DNA from: Candidatus Multivoradales bacterium
Lineage (GTDB): Bacteria > Acidobacteriota > Thermoanaerobaculia > Multivoradales > JAHEKO01
Assembly: GCA_965248055.1 (NCBI GenBank)
Contig: CBDFIJ010000004.1
Span: forward strand, 1,536,001 to 1,600,000
Reading direction: 5' to 3'
DNA: 64,000 nucleotides
In this document: one piece after another, positions 1 through 9,941 of the stretch
How positions within the stretch are numbered: the first letter of the stretch is position 1
Layout: every line of letters begins with the position of its first letter
Position numbers and translations under genes: made by a program
The notes under the pieces: generated by a model
Told to the model about the DNA's origin: nothing
The model's database searches: none
Seen by the model: the letters and a program-made list of their open reading frames with translations, nothing else

Positions 1-165
1 CGCTTGGTAGGAAAAAGCAACCAGATTGATGTTGACCGCGTTGAGCAACAACTCGATCGACATCAGGACCGTGATCATGTTGCGACGAAACAACACTCCG
101 AACATGCCGATAGCAAACAGCACCAAGCTGAGGATCAGGTAGTGATGAGTTCCAATGCTCTCCAC
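1..165 (-). CDS. nuoK: NADH-quinone oxidoreductase subunit K (partial, runs off window start)
   Basis: Not in ORF track. Manual translation from GTG at 165 gives [52 protein letters not shown], the NuoK RRN..MSIE.LN motif; directly after nuoJ. Confidence 0.93.
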   Translation of the reverse strand, partial: MESIGTHHYLILSLVLFAIGMFGVLFRRNMITVLMSIELLLNAVNINLVAFSYQA

Positions 166-167
166 AA

Positions 168-686
168 CTACTCCTTGTGCGCCAGAACCACTGCGCCGAT
201 CATCGCTACCAACAAGAATAGCGAGGCGATTTCAAAAGGCAGCAGGAATTCTCGATAGAGCGACCAGGCGACCGCCTGGGGATTGCCCAAGGCCTCGCCC
301 TCGACCTGGACCAAGGCCGCCGTATCGGCGACTTGACCAAAATCCGTGGTTAGCAAAACACCACCCAGCATCACCACCACTCCGGCGATGATCAAAGTAC
401 CGACAACCACCGATCGTTGATAGCGACGAACCTCGCGCAAATCTTCAAAGCGCACCAACATGATGACAAACAGAAACAACACCATGATTCCGCCGCCGTA
501 GACGAACAGCTGCACCACGGCGACAAAACCGGCGTAGCGCAGCAGAAACAATACCGCGACCGCAGCAAAGGTGGTCAGCAGGCACAGCGCTCCGTACATC
601 GGATTGCGCAAGGTAACCACGCCAAGAGCCCCGGCGACGGCGATCACCGCGCAGATCAGGAAAAGAATCATGCCGCCGTCGATCAC
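168..686 (-). CDS. nuoJ: NADH-quinone oxidoreductase subunit J
   Basis: [27 protein letters not shown] and [16 protein letters not shown] motifs; GTG at 686 with AGGAGG RBS overlaps the nuoI stop. Confidence 0.95.
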   Translation of the reverse strand: MIDGGMILFLICAVIAVAGALGVVTLRNPMYGALCLLTTFAAVAVLFLLRYAGFVAVVQLFVYGGGIMVLFLFVIMLVRFEDLREVRRYQRSVVVGTLIIAGVVVMLGGVLLTTDFGQVADTAALVQVEGEALGNPQAVAWSLYREFLLPFEIASLFLLVAMIGAVVLAHKE

Positions 687-1189
687 GACACCTCCTGATC
701 GGTGTATTCCGGGCGCACTCGCCACTCTTGCAACTCGTCCATATCGACATAGAGGTTCGACCAACGGTCGTAAGAAGCCAATTCGTAAGTCTTGGAAGTC
801 AGCCAAATCGACTTGGGGTTAGTCGGGCAGCCTTCTTCGCACAGGCCACAAAACATGCAGCGCTGAATGTCGATGTCGAAACGGTCGAGCACCTTCTCTT
901 TTTTGCTGGTCTCTTCGTTGACCTCTTGATGCCAATCGATATAAATGATGTCAATCGGGCAATCACGCGCACAGATGGTGCATTTGATACACCGGTCCTC
1001 GTCGAGCCGGAACATGCCGCGAAAGCGATGGGCGGGCTCGGAGCGAGCCTCCGGATATTGGATCGTCTCTTTTTTGTGAAACAGGTGACGGAAGGTGATG
1101 CCCAGGCCTGCGAACAGGTCCAAGAGCATGAATTTGTCTGCCCAACGACGCAAGCTCACAGTGCTTTCCCCATCACGTACCGTCCCCAT
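683..1189 (-). CDS. nuoI: NADH-quinone oxidoreductase subunit I
   Basis: TIQYPE..RFRG and two CxxCxxCxxxCP 4Fe-4S motifs; start uncertain (1189 or 1222). Confidence 0.95.
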   Translation of the reverse strand: MGTVRDGESTVSLRRWADKFMLLDLFAGLGITFRHLFHKKETIQYPEARSEPAHRFRGMFRLDEDRCIKCTICARDCPIDIIYIDWHQEVNEETSKKEKVLDRFDIDIQRCMFCGLCEEGCPTNPKSIWLTSKTYELASYDRWSNLYVDMDELQEWRVRPEYTDQEVS

Positions 1190-1205
1190 CACAGTGTTTT
1201 CCCAA

Positions 1206-2276
1206 TCACAGTGCCTTCCCAATCAACAAAACCTTCACCAAACCAGTCAACAGCACCAACGCCATCGACATTGGGATCAGCCACTTCCAGCCCAAGTCCA
1301 TCAGTTGATCAAAACGGTAGCGGGGAAAGGTTCCGCGAAACCAGATGTAGACGAACAAGAAGCCAAACACCTTGAGCGAAAACCAAATCAACCCCACCAC
1401 GCCAGCAGGCAAGAAGCCAAAGTCGAGAAACGACAGCGCCTCGATATTGGGAAACGGCCGATGCCAACCCCCCAGAAATAAGGTCACAGCGACCGAGGAG
1501 ATGGCGATCATGTTGGCGTACTCGCCGAGGAAAAACAGGGCGAAACGCATCCCCGAATACTCGGTGTGAAACCCAGCGACCAACTCGGACTCCGCTTCCG
1601 GCAAGTCAAACGGGTTGCGGTTGCTCTCTGCCACTCCAGCAACGAAGTAGATAAAGAACGCGATCAAACCGAGTGGGAAAAACGCAAAGACGAACCACCG
1701 CCCGCTCTCAAATTGATGCTCGACGATACCGGTCAACGACATGGTCCCCGCCAAAAGCACCGGCACCACCAAGGAGAATCCTTGCGGAATCTCGTAAGCG
1801 ATCATTTGCGCTGCCGAACGCAGACCACCGAGCAGCGAGAACTTACTGTTAGACGCCCAACCACCGAGAATAATGCCGTAGACCCCCAAAGTGGCGAAGG
1901 CCACCACCAGCAGCAGAGCCACATTGACGTCGGCGACGAAAAAATCGATCGCCCCGCCAGTGTGTTCCGCCGAGGGACCAAAGGGAATCACCGAATAGAT
2001 CAAGAATGCTGGGCCAACCACCAAGCACGGGGCGAGAATAAACGCCCAGCGCACCGCTTTGGTCGGCACAATGTCTTCTTTGGCCAGCAGCTTGACGACG
2101 TCGGCAATCGGCTGCAGTAGACCCCATGGGCCAACCCGATTGGGACCAGTGCGGACCTGCAGGAAGCCAAGGATCTTGCGCTCAGCCAATACCAGGTAGG
2201 TGATCAACGGCAAGATCCCCAAGAACAACAGCGCGGCGATCTTGATCGCGGCAATCAGCATCGGGTTCTGGATCAT
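1206..2276 (-). CDS. nuoH: NADH-quinone oxidoreductase subunit H
   Basis: ERK..GPNRVGPWGLLQPIAD and NRNPFDLPEAESELVAGF motifs; ATGA overlap with the nuoD stop. Confidence 0.97.
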   Translation of the reverse strand: MIQNPMLIAAIKIAALLFLGILPLITYLVLAERKILGFLQVRTGPNRVGPWGLLQPIADVVKLLAKEDIVPTKAVRWAFILAPCLVVGPAFLIYSVIPFGPSAEHTGGAIDFFVADVNVALLLVVAFATLGVYGIILGGWASNSKFSLLGGLRSAAQMIAYEIPQGFSLVVPVLLAGTMSLTGIVEHQFESGRWFVFAFFPLGLIAFFIYFVAGVAESNRNPFDLPEAESELVAGFHTEYSGMRFALFFLGEYANMIAISSVAVTLFLGGWHRPFPNIEALSFLDFGFLPAGVVGLIWFSLKVFGFLFVYIWFRGTFPRYRFDQLMDLGWKWLIPMSMALVLLTGLVKVLLIGKAL

Positions 2277-3403
2277 CGATCCACCTCCCCGAGCACGATG
2301 TCGGTGGTGCCAATGATCGCCACCAAGTCCGCCAGCAAATGCCCTTCGACCAGGTCCGGCAGACACTGAAGATTGATAAACGACGGTGCGCGCACGTGGC
2401 AGCGATGTGGCTGCGGTGTGCCGTCACCGACGATGTAGAAACCAATCTCTCCCTTGGGCCCTTCGATCGAGTAGTAGACCTCACTGTCTTTGGGCGCCTT
2501 GAGCACGCGCGGCTTCTTACAATCGATCGGCCCGTCCGGCAGGGCGTCGAGACACTGAATAACAATCGAGTTCGACTGGCGCATCTCTTCCATACGCACC
2601 AAATAGCGAGCGTAGGTGTCGCCCTCGTCGCGCACCGGGACCTCAAACTCAACCTCGTCGTAGGCGGCGTAGGGCATCTCCTTGCGCAAATCCCACGCGA
2701 CGCCCGATCCGCGCAGCATCGGCCCGGTCAGGGCATAGTCAATCGCCAGCTCTTTGGAGATCACGCCCACTCCCACCGTACGCTGTTTCCAAATGCGGTT
2801 GTTAGTGAGTAAACCTTCATATTCGTCGACCTTGGCCGGGAAGCCATCGACGAACTTCCGGCAGCGATCGACCCAACCCACCGGCAAGTCGTACGGCATG
2901 CCACCAGGGCGCATGCAGTTAAGCGTCAGACGCGCTCCGCAGTACTCTTCAAACAGGTCGAGAATGACTTCCCGTTCCCGGAAGCAGTAGAAAAACGGCG
3001 TCATCGCACCGATATCAATCGCGTGAGTTGCCAACCACAGCAAGTGGCTGGAGATCCGCTGGAGCTCACAAAGAATGGTGCGCATGTACTGCGCCCGCGG
3101 AGTCGGAGTCAGCCCCAGCAGCTTCTCCACCGCACCGACGTAAGCCAGATTGTTGGTCGCCGCGGCAACATAATCCATACGGTCGGTGTGGGGTACATTC
3201 TGAAAGAACGGGTTCAACTCGAAGAGCTTCTCGGTGCCTCGGTGTAAGTAGCCGATCACCGGATAGCAGTCGATCACGCGTTCGCCATCGACCTTGAGCT
3301 TGAGGCGCAACACCCCGTGGGTGGACGGATGCTGAGGACCGAAGTTGAGGTCCATCTCCTGCACATCAAAGAGATGATCGGTCATCGTCTGATCGTTGGT
3401 CAC
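2273..3403 (-). CDS. nuoD: NADH-quinone oxidoreductase subunit D
   Basis: NFGPQHPSTHGVLRL, GYLHRGTEK and C-terminal GEVDR. Confidence 0.97.
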   Translation of the reverse strand: MTNDQTMTDHLFDVQEMDLNFGPQHPSTHGVLRLKLKVDGERVIDCYPVIGYLHRGTEKLFELNPFFQNVPHTDRMDYVAAATNNLAYVGAVEKLLGLTPTPRAQYMRTILCELQRISSHLLWLATHAIDIGAMTPFFYCFREREVILDLFEEYCGARLTLNCMRPGGMPYDLPVGWVDRCRKFVDGFPAKVDEYEGLLTNNRIWKQRTVGVGVISKELAIDYALTGPMLRGSGVAWDLRKEMPYAAYDEVEFEVPVRDEGDTYARYLVRMEEMRQSNSIVIQCLDALPDGPIDCKKPRVLKAPKDSEVYYSIEGPKGEIGFYIVGDGTPQPHRCHVRAPSFINLQCLPDLVEGHLLADLVAIIGTTDIVLGEVDR

Positions 3404-3405
3404 CG

Positions 3406-4125
3406 CTAGCTCTCCGTTCCCTCAGCCGCGTCTTCTTTAGATTCTGGCTCTAGAGGCTGCGGCGGCTTCCAGCCGGTCCCGGTACCCGCCACCGGACCAG
3501 CTTCGTTCAGGTAGTACTCAGGGTAAGCAGCCGCGCCGGTATCAATCCCTTCCACCGGGAAGTCCTTGCGCAGTGGGTAACCGTTGAAACCCTCCCAGGT
3601 GAGAATACGGGTCATATCCGGGTGGTCAGTAAAACGGATGCCGTACATGTCAAAGGCTTCCCGTTCCATCCAGTTGGCGGCGCGCCATACCGACGACACA
3701 GTCGGCACTTCGTTGCCATCGGCCACTAACACTTTCAGTTGAATGCGGCGATTCTGATCAAAGCTGTAGAGGTGGTAGACGACCTCGAAACGAACCTCTC
3801 GATCCGGATAGTCGACCCCACAGAGATCCACCAGCATGATGAAGCCCTGCTGCTTGAGTTCAGTGCAAACCTCGGCGATCTTGTCGCTGACGATCTCCAC
3901 CACCAAATCCCCGGCGAAGGTTCTCGCTTGGACGATCGCGCCTTGGTGTCCCGATAGGCCCTCGACCAATGGGTCGGTGCCCGCTTCCTGCCATTCCGGG
4001 GTAGCTGGATTCGAGAGCCAGGGCGGCTTTTCTTCGACCGGAGGCGGCGCAGAGGCCTCGGTGGAAGCTTCCACCGGCTTATGTTCAGGAGTCTGGGGTT
4101 GTTCGTCGCTCACCGGGTGGTCCAC
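3406..4125 (-). CDS. nuoC: NADH-quinone oxidoreductase subunit C
   Basis: ANWMEREAFDMYGI and GYPLRKDFP motifs; Pro/Glu-rich N- and C-terminal extensions. Confidence 0.95.
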   Translation of the reverse strand: MDHPVSDEQPQTPEHKPVEASTEASAPPPVEEKPPWLSNPATPEWQEAGTDPLVEGLSGHQGAIVQARTFAGDLVVEIVSDKIAEVCTELKQQGFIMLVDLCGVDYPDREVRFEVVYHLYSFDQNRRIQLKVLVADGNEVPTVSSVWRAANWMEREAFDMYGIRFTDHPDMTRILTWEGFNGYPLRKDFPVEGIDTGAAAYPEYYLNEAGPVAGTGTGWKPPQPLEPESKEDAAEGTES

Positions 4126-4692
4126 CTAGGGCTGGTTCCTTTGTTGGGATTCGGCGATCACCGTCTGGCCGATCGCCAGCCCCTCGGGTGCCACTTCTGC
4201 CGACTGGTCTTTGAGAGACAGATCCTTGACGGACATGCGATCGATCTTGCGCTGCAAGTGCAACAGACCCCAGAGCAGCGCTTCTGGCCGCGGCGGGCAA
4301 CCCGGCACGTATACATCGACCGGAATCACTCGATCCACGCCCTGAGTAACCGCGTAGGTCCGGTAAGGGCCACCACAGGTAGCGCACGCTCCCATGGCAA
4401 TTGCCCACTTTGGCTCCGGCATCTGATCCCACAGGCGGCGGACGATCGGAGCCATCTTCTCGGTCACCGTTCCGGCGACAATCATCAAATCACTCTGCCG
4501 CGGACTGGCGCGAAAGACTTCCGCCCCGAATCGCGACATGTCATGCCGCGGGTCGAGAACCGCCATCATCTCAATCGCACAACAGGCCAGGCCAAACTGC
4601 ATCGGCCAAATCGCCGAACGCCGCGCCCAGTTAAAGACCGCGTCGTACTTGGTGGTGATGATGTCTGGAGTATTCGGTCCAATTAGGCCCAA
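4126..4692 (-). CDS. nuoB: NADH-quinone oxidoreductase subunit B
   Basis: [16 protein letters not shown] and GCPPRPE motifs; start re-called to the TTG overlapping the nuoA end (4713 is an alternative). Confidence 0.96.
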   Translation of the reverse strand: MGLIGPNTPDIITTKYDAVFNWARRSAIWPMQFGLACCAIEMMAVLDPRHDMSRFGAEVFRASPRQSDLMIVAGTVTEKMAPIVRRLWDQMPEPKWAIAMGACATCGGPYRTYAVTQGVDRVIPVDVYVPGCPPRPEALLWGLLHLQRKIDRMSVKDLSLKDQSAEVAPEGLAIGQTVIAESQQRNQP

Positions 4693-5039
4693 TTGAGTGC
4701 CCCTCTGCGCCAAACGTAAACGTATCCAACAATCAAGATGGTCAGAAATACCACCATCTCAATAAACCCAAACAATGCCAAGCGGTCAAACATCACCGCC
4801 CAGGGAAACAAGAATACGGTCTCTACATCGAACACCACAAACAAGACCGCGATCAAGTAGTAGCGGATCGAAAAACGTCGATCATGGGCCAAGCTCTCCA
4901 CTTCGTTGCCACACTCGTAGGCATCCAAGTTGGTTAGCCCGTGGCCGCTGTGACGCAACGCCCAAGCAGCGATCAAGGTCGCGGCAAGGAACAAAATCAC
5001 AACCACGACAAAAACAAGGATTGGTAAATATTCCTGCAT
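4683..5039 (-). CDS. nuoA: NADH-quinone oxidoreductase subunit A
   Basis: [19 protein letters not shown] and three hydrophobic segments. Confidence 0.96.
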   Translation of the reverse strand: MQEYLPILVFVVVVILFLAATLIAAWALRHSGHGLTNLDAYECGNEVESLAHDRRFSIRYYLIAVLFVVFDVETVFLFPWAVMFDRLALFGFIEMVVFLTILIVGYVYVWRRGALNWA

Positions 5040-5112
5040 TTGCTAAGTGCTAATCATAAGTCGTTGTGAGCTGGTACCTGACAGCCAGTACTGACAGGCA
5101 GTGCCGGGCGTA

Positions 5113-5151
5113 TTCTCGCCGTGTGGCTAGGGGGTGTCAAACATCCGTCAA
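5113..5151 (-). promoter_or_regulatory. Putative sigma70 promoter of the nuo operon
   Basis: Minus strand TTGACA (5140-5135), 16 bp, GAGAAT; a second TTGACG lies 11 bp upstream. Confidence 0.4.
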
Positions 5152-5345
5152 GGTTACTGAAGCTGACATCGCGGTCAAGACCCAGATCAACGATAATCCG
5201 ATCCTTCGGTGCGAATTTCACGATCCTCCTGTGACGACCCAAGCACCCAGGTCTCGACACCAAAGCCTACGGCAGAACTCGTTGCCGTTATCCGCGCCAA
5301 ACGTGGCTGGCGAAACACTCCCTCTCTGTGTAGCGTATCGGGACT

Positions 5346-6782
5346 ATGCAGGACAATACGGTCTTAGGAGTCGGTTCTGACGCGCTCGCAGCTTCCGAAT
5401 CGATCGACACAGCGCCCTCCGAAGCACCAGCGCCTTCCGAAGCACCCAGTCCGATCGGCTCAGCCGAGCGGATTGTCACTCTCGATGTTCTCCGCGGTAT
5501 CGCGCTACTGGGAATCCTCTTCGTCAATGTAACCGCGATGTCCCAGCCGCTCGATTGGTTCGGCGTCGCCTGGGACAAGCTAGGCCCAATCGACTACGGC
5601 GTCGAACTTCTCAAGCTGTTCTTGGTCCAAGGAAAGTTCTACACCCTCTTTGCATTTTTATTTGGGGTCGGATTCGCGGTTCAGCTCAACCGCGCTGAAG
5701 CCAAAGGGCAGCTTTTTGCGCTCCGTTTCTTATGGCGCATGGTCCTGCTGCTTCTTATTGGTGTCTTCCACGTCGTGGTGTTGTGGCAGGGAGATATCCT
5801 CAACGCTTACGCCATCAGTGGCATGCTTCTTCTGCTTTTCTACGGCATCAAGAGACTTCTGGATCGAGGAGTTCGTAAACTGAGCAAGGGCCGAAGGGAC
5901 AAACTTCCCGGTTGGCTCGCGCTGGTTATGGCAGGGCTGCTGATATTCGGACTGTTTCTTCCCATGGCTGGCTTCTTGGCTTATGGCTTCGAAGTACGAG
6001 AAGCCGCTCTGGCGGGCAATGAACTCACCGAAAGTGAGCATGGCATCTGGGAACAGATGCAAGAGGCAGAGAATCAAATGCAGACTGGAGCGACTTCGAA
6101 CGACCCCGAGAGAGTAGAAGAGCATGCGGCGGACATGGCGATCTTCGCCGACGGCAGGTTTTTCGACACACTCGCTTATCGCGCCAAAAATGTTGGCAAG
6201 AGGGTGTTTGTCGGACCTCTGTGGCTGATTCTCGCCGGCATCTTCATGGTCGGTGCCTACTTCGGTCGCAATAACTTGATCGGTCGAGCCGCCAAACTCA
6301 AAGCTGAGTTTGACAAACTCCTGGTTGCCACCCTGCTGATCGGAATCCCTCTGTCGATCCTGTTCGTCTACGGAACCTGGAGCCAAGCCGACCAGCATTC
6401 CCTTTCGTGGTGGATGGTCCTAAATTTCTTCACCAAGACCGCCTCGGGAATGGCATTGGCGCTGGCGATGGTCGCAGCGGTCGCTCTCTTGATGCAGACA
6501 GGGGCTCGACAATGGCTGCAGCACTTTGCCCCGGCGGGCCGCATGGCACTGTCGAACTATTTGGCCCAGTCGCTGATCGGCACCGCCGTGTTCTACGGCT
6601 GGGGACTGGGGCTGTTAGGCAAACTCACACCGCTTCAGCAGGTTGGTTACATCGTGGTGGTCTTCGGGCTGCAGATGGTGTTCAGCCGCTGGTGGCTGAC
6701 GCACTTTCGCTTTGGACCGCTGGAGTGGCTATGGCGATCGGCGACCTACTGGAAGATCCAACCTCTACGCCGCCACAGCTAG
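5346..6782 (+). CDS. DUF418 (YeiB-like) membrane protein
   Basis: RIVTLDVLRGIALLGI, GKFYTLFAFLFGVG, GRMALSNYLAQS and GPLEWLWR motifs. Confidence 0.88.
   Translation: MQDNTVLGVGSDALAASESIDTAPSEAPAPSEAPSPIGSAERIVTLDVLRGIALLGILFVNVTAMSQPLDWFGVAWDKLGPIDYGVELLKLFLVQGKFYTLFAFLFGVGFAVQLNRAEAKGQLFALRFLWRMVLLLLIGVFHVVVLWQGDILNAYAISGMLLLLFYGIKRLLDRGVRKLSKGRRDKLPGWLALVMAGLLIFGLFLPMAGFLAYGFEVREAALAGNELTESEHGIWEQMQEAENQMQTGATSNDPERVEEHAADMAIFADGRFFDTLAYRAKNVGKRVFVGPLWLILAGIFMVGAYFGRNNLIGRAAKLKAEFDKLLVATLLIGIPLSILFVYGTWSQADQHSLSWWMVLNFFTKTASGMALALAMVAAVALLMQTGARQWLQHFAPAGRMALSNYLAQSLIGTAVFYGWGLGLLGKLTPLQQVGYIVVVFGLQMVFSRWWLTHFRFGPLEWLWRSATYWKIQPLRRHS
5410..5446 (+). repeat. 18-bp tandem duplication in the DUF418 N-terminus (APSEAP x2)
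   Basis: cagcgccctccgaagcac followed by cagcgccttccgaagcac. Confidence 0.8.
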
Positions 6783-6818
6783 CTTGGCGATGCTTGCAAC
6801 GCACATGGCGCGCTTCGA

Positions 6819-7442
6819 CTACTCGCCGATCTCTACCGTAAAATGGGCCAAGGTCTGGGCTTCAAATCCAATCACTAGATCACCACTCTTCAACCGATTT
6901 AACTTGCCCTTGCCAGGATTCACCCGGGCTAGGTCGGAAATCGAGCTATTGAGCCAATCCGCATTGCGGTCGCGACTCCGGGCCTGCTGCTCAGAGAATC
7001 TGCCGTACCAAACCGCAACCCCTTTGCCGCCCTGGCGAACCACGACCAAGTCCAGTTGATCGCCCAGCAGCCCCAAGCGATCAAAGTATCGAAGCGCCGA
7101 GCTTTGAAACTCCGGGGTGTAGAGATTGGTGCCAACCACGTCCTTCGGAGTGTGGATTTGGTTTTCACCAGAACCTAAGTCCACGGCCACCCAGATCGAG
7201 CGCACTGCGATCTCCGAATCGAGGACAAGCTCGCTATCCACAACTTGAACCTTACGCAGAACTCGATCGCTATCCGACGCTTCATGATAGGCGCCAACAA
7301 TCGCCACTCCGGCTGCAGAATGATCTTGCAGCACCACCCGGTCGCTGGTCACTTCCAACTCCAGCGCGACCGATGGCCACGCCATAAGCCCCAGGGCGAG
7401 ACAAATTAGGTTCTGTTTGGTTCGGATCATTGTCTGGTTCAT
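6819..7442 (-). CDS. Hypothetical secreted protein
   Basis: About 207 aa with a signal-peptide-like N-terminus (LICLALGLMAWPSVA) and a beta-rich mature part; family not recognised. Confidence 0.65.
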   Translation of the reverse strand: MNQTMIRTKQNLICLALGLMAWPSVALELEVTSDRVVLQDHSAAGVAIVGAYHEASDSDRVLRKVQVVDSELVLDSEIAVRSIWVAVDLGSGENQIHTPKDVVGTNLYTPEFQSSALRYFDRLGLLGDQLDLVVVRQGGKGVAVWYGRFSEQQARSRDRNADWLNSSISDLARVNPGKGKLNRLKSGDLVIGFEAQTLAHFTVEIGE

Positions 7443-7678
7443 TACCCGTGTCCCGTCCAGAATCGGCAAGACGCCAGCCCGAGCAATCCTCCAGATTTAC
7501 CCAAGACAACTTTCCCGCAGTGGATCTTCCCACGATTAAACAATACGTTGCTAACCAGAAATCGTTTTTCTGCAGTACCAACCTCCCCAACATAGGCTGC
7601 CTTGTTGGGCGAAGAAGCATTGCTGGAATCAGTCCTGAGGCGGCCCTCGCCGGTTCCACCGCTCGGTCTTTCGTAATA

Positions 7679-8767
7679 TCAATAATTCGAAGATGCCGAG
7701 GCGAGCAACGGTTGAATCACACCAGCCATTCCCCCTTGAGCCTGCACCAGCACCTGAATCTCCGACCCCATCCCAGCCGGGTTCAGCAACAGTTGGGCTT
7801 CCTCGCGAGTCTGGTGGTCGGCGTCAGCGAGATCATCAAAGAGACCAAAAGCGGTTAGCCATTCGGCGAGCTTGAAGCGGCCGAGCGTGGTCAGCCCAGC
7901 TGCTTCTCCAGTTTGGCGCAGTAGGCTGAAGTCGACGTGCGCGGTGAGGTCTTGCTCCCCGACATGGACAAAAGGATCGCGGTGTACTTGATGCTCTCGA
8001 TAGCAGGCCAAGGTGCCGTGCCTGCGAATTCGAGCGTCGGTCAATTTCGCTTTGGAGTAGCCGTAGTCAAAGGTAAGCAACAGTCCGCGCTGCAGCGTCC
8101 CCGCCAGCTGGCGATAGAGCGGATCCCAGCCAGGGGACAGATCCACTATCTGTCCGTTTTCAAGGTTCATCCCAGCGACCATTTCCTCCAAGTTCGGATC
8201 GGATAGTTCATCCTCCAGCCAGACGAAGTGGGCATCGCTGGAAGGCTCGCTGTCTACCTCTTTGCCTGCTGGTGGTTCGACTTGGACCCACAGCTCTCGC
8301 AACCGCCCTGACCGCCAAATCAAACGATGCACCGGCAGGGCGTCAAACAGTTCATAGGAGAAAACCAGCCCGATGATGGCGGCGGACTGCAACGGGTCGA
8401 TCCACGAGACTTCACCGGGCAAGGGTCGCTTGACTCGATCATGGGCGAACAAGCCCTGGCTTCGTCCCTGATCCACCAAGTGGCTCAAGTGCTGACCATC
8501 GCCAAATCCAACCTCCAAGAAATCAGCCGACCTTCCCAACTGTTGATCCAGCTTTGCCAAGAGTCGATCGGTCGCGTTAGCAAACAGTCGAGACCGGGAA
8601 CCGGTTACAAAATCACCGTGACGACCGATCAGCGGACGATCGACCGCGTAGTAACCACCCTCGCCATAAAGCGCGGCATCCATAAACGCCGCAAAGGGGA
8701 TTGGGCCCTGACTCGCAATTCGGCGGGCGATTCGCTGGGAGACGCTTCCTCCAGTCAGGTTGCTCAT
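7679..8767 (-). CDS. SAM-dependent methyltransferase, MidA/NDUFAF7 family
   Basis: FMDAALYGEGGYY, GDFVT, LEVGFGDG, ELFDALPVH, FDYGY and GEQDLTAHVDF motifs. Confidence 0.9.
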   Translation of the reverse strand: MSNLTGGSVSQRIARRIASQGPIPFAAFMDAALYGEGGYYAVDRPLIGRHGDFVTGSRSRLFANATDRLLAKLDQQLGRSADFLEVGFGDGQHLSHLVDQGRSQGLFAHDRVKRPLPGEVSWIDPLQSAAIIGLVFSYELFDALPVHRLIWRSGRLRELWVQVEPPAGKEVDSEPSSDAHFVWLEDELSDPNLEEMVAGMNLENGQIVDLSPGWDPLYRQLAGTLQRGLLLTFDYGYSKAKLTDARIRRHGTLACYREHQVHRDPFVHVGEQDLTAHVDFSLLRQTGEAAGLTTLGRFKLAEWLTAFGLFDDLADADHQTREEAQLLLNPAGMGSEIQVLVQAQGGMAGVIQPLLASASSNY

Positions 8768-8842
8768 AGACCCCCACTCTCCAGGGTTCTTGGTCCGCAA
8801 TCGAACCCGAATTCGGAGACGGGCAAGCTAGAATCCTTCCCA

Positions 8843-9858
8843 GTGACGCCGCCACCGACCCCCAACCCCGAGCAGTTGCTCGAAATTGTCCAGCGCATGG
8901 ACCAAGTCCGCGTGCTCTTGGTGGCTGATTTGGTGTTGGATCGGTTCATTGTCGGACGGCCTTCCCGCATCAGTCGAGAAGCTCCGGTGCTGATTCTGCA
9001 CCAAGAGGACGACATCTTGACCCCAGGGGGTGGCGCCAACGCCGCGGTTGCCGCCGCGGCATTGGAGCAAAGACCTCTGCGGCGGGCGCGGTGGGCACCG
9101 ATATTGAGGGCGACGGCCTGCTTGCCTCACTCCAAACTTCGGGAGTCGATACCGAAGCAGTCCAACGAATTAACAGCTATCAAACACCGACCAAGACACG
9201 AGTCGTGGGTCATGGCACGCATGCCATGCCGCAACAGATTGTTCGCTTCGACCGCGAAGATTCTTTGCCGAGCGACTTTACCCATCCCAAGCTCGACCCC
9301 AATTCTGTTGACCTGATCCTGGTCTCTGACTACGGCTATGGAGCCGCGACTCCCGCGACCCTGGAGTCCGTACGCAATACGTCAGATAGCGAGACTCCGG
9401 TCCTGGTCGACAGTCGCTATCGCTTGTCTGACTATTTCGGGATCTCCGGTGCCACCCCGAACCAAGAAGAAGCCGAGCGCATTTTTGGCCACTCGATCGA
9501 AGATCATCCGGTGGAAGCGGCACAAGAACTGCGCCGGCGACTGCGTTGCGACTACCTGCTGTTGACGCGCGGCAGCGAAGGAATGATCTTGGCTCTGGAC
9601 GGAGGCGAGGCTCAGTTTCCGGTCCACGGAGGGTCGCAGGTCGCCGATGTTACCGGCGCGGGGGACACCGTCATCGCTGCTTTCGGTACCGCGCTCGGCG
9701 CCGGTGCGGATCCATTGGCGGCGGCGCTGATCGCCAACTACGCGGGTGGTGTGGTGGTCACCAAGGTCGGCACCGCCAAAGTCAATCGGACGGAACTGAC
9801 CGAGGCCATCGATATTGACCCCAGGCCGATCGAGCAAACTGTCTGGACGGCAACTTGA
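8843..9858 (+). pseudogene. rfaE1: D-glycero-beta-D-manno-heptose-7-phosphate kinase (RfaE/HldE domain I, PfkB family), frameshifted near 9064
   Basis: N-terminal part (DLVLDRF..RISREAPV..PGGGANAA) lies in the 8327..9316 frame; C-terminal part (SDYGYG, TPNQEE, TRGSEG, DVTGAGDTV) lies in the 9091..9858 frame. One extra G restores ALGAKTSAAGAVGTD. Confidence 0.85.
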
Positions 9859-9941
9859 TGGGATTATTCGGTGATCCCCAACATCCCACACACGCTTACT
9901 TCACCAACACTTTTCTGGCACCTTCCGGCTAGGGGCAGGAC

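Noticed and set aside
5041-5054. TTAGCACT upstream of nuoA resembling CIRCE
   Set aside because: Only one half-site; no inverted partner 9 bp away.
8327-8842. Long N-terminal extension of ORF 8327..9316
   Set aside because: It overlaps the midA gene on the opposite strand; the heptose kinase motifs begin only after GTG 8843.
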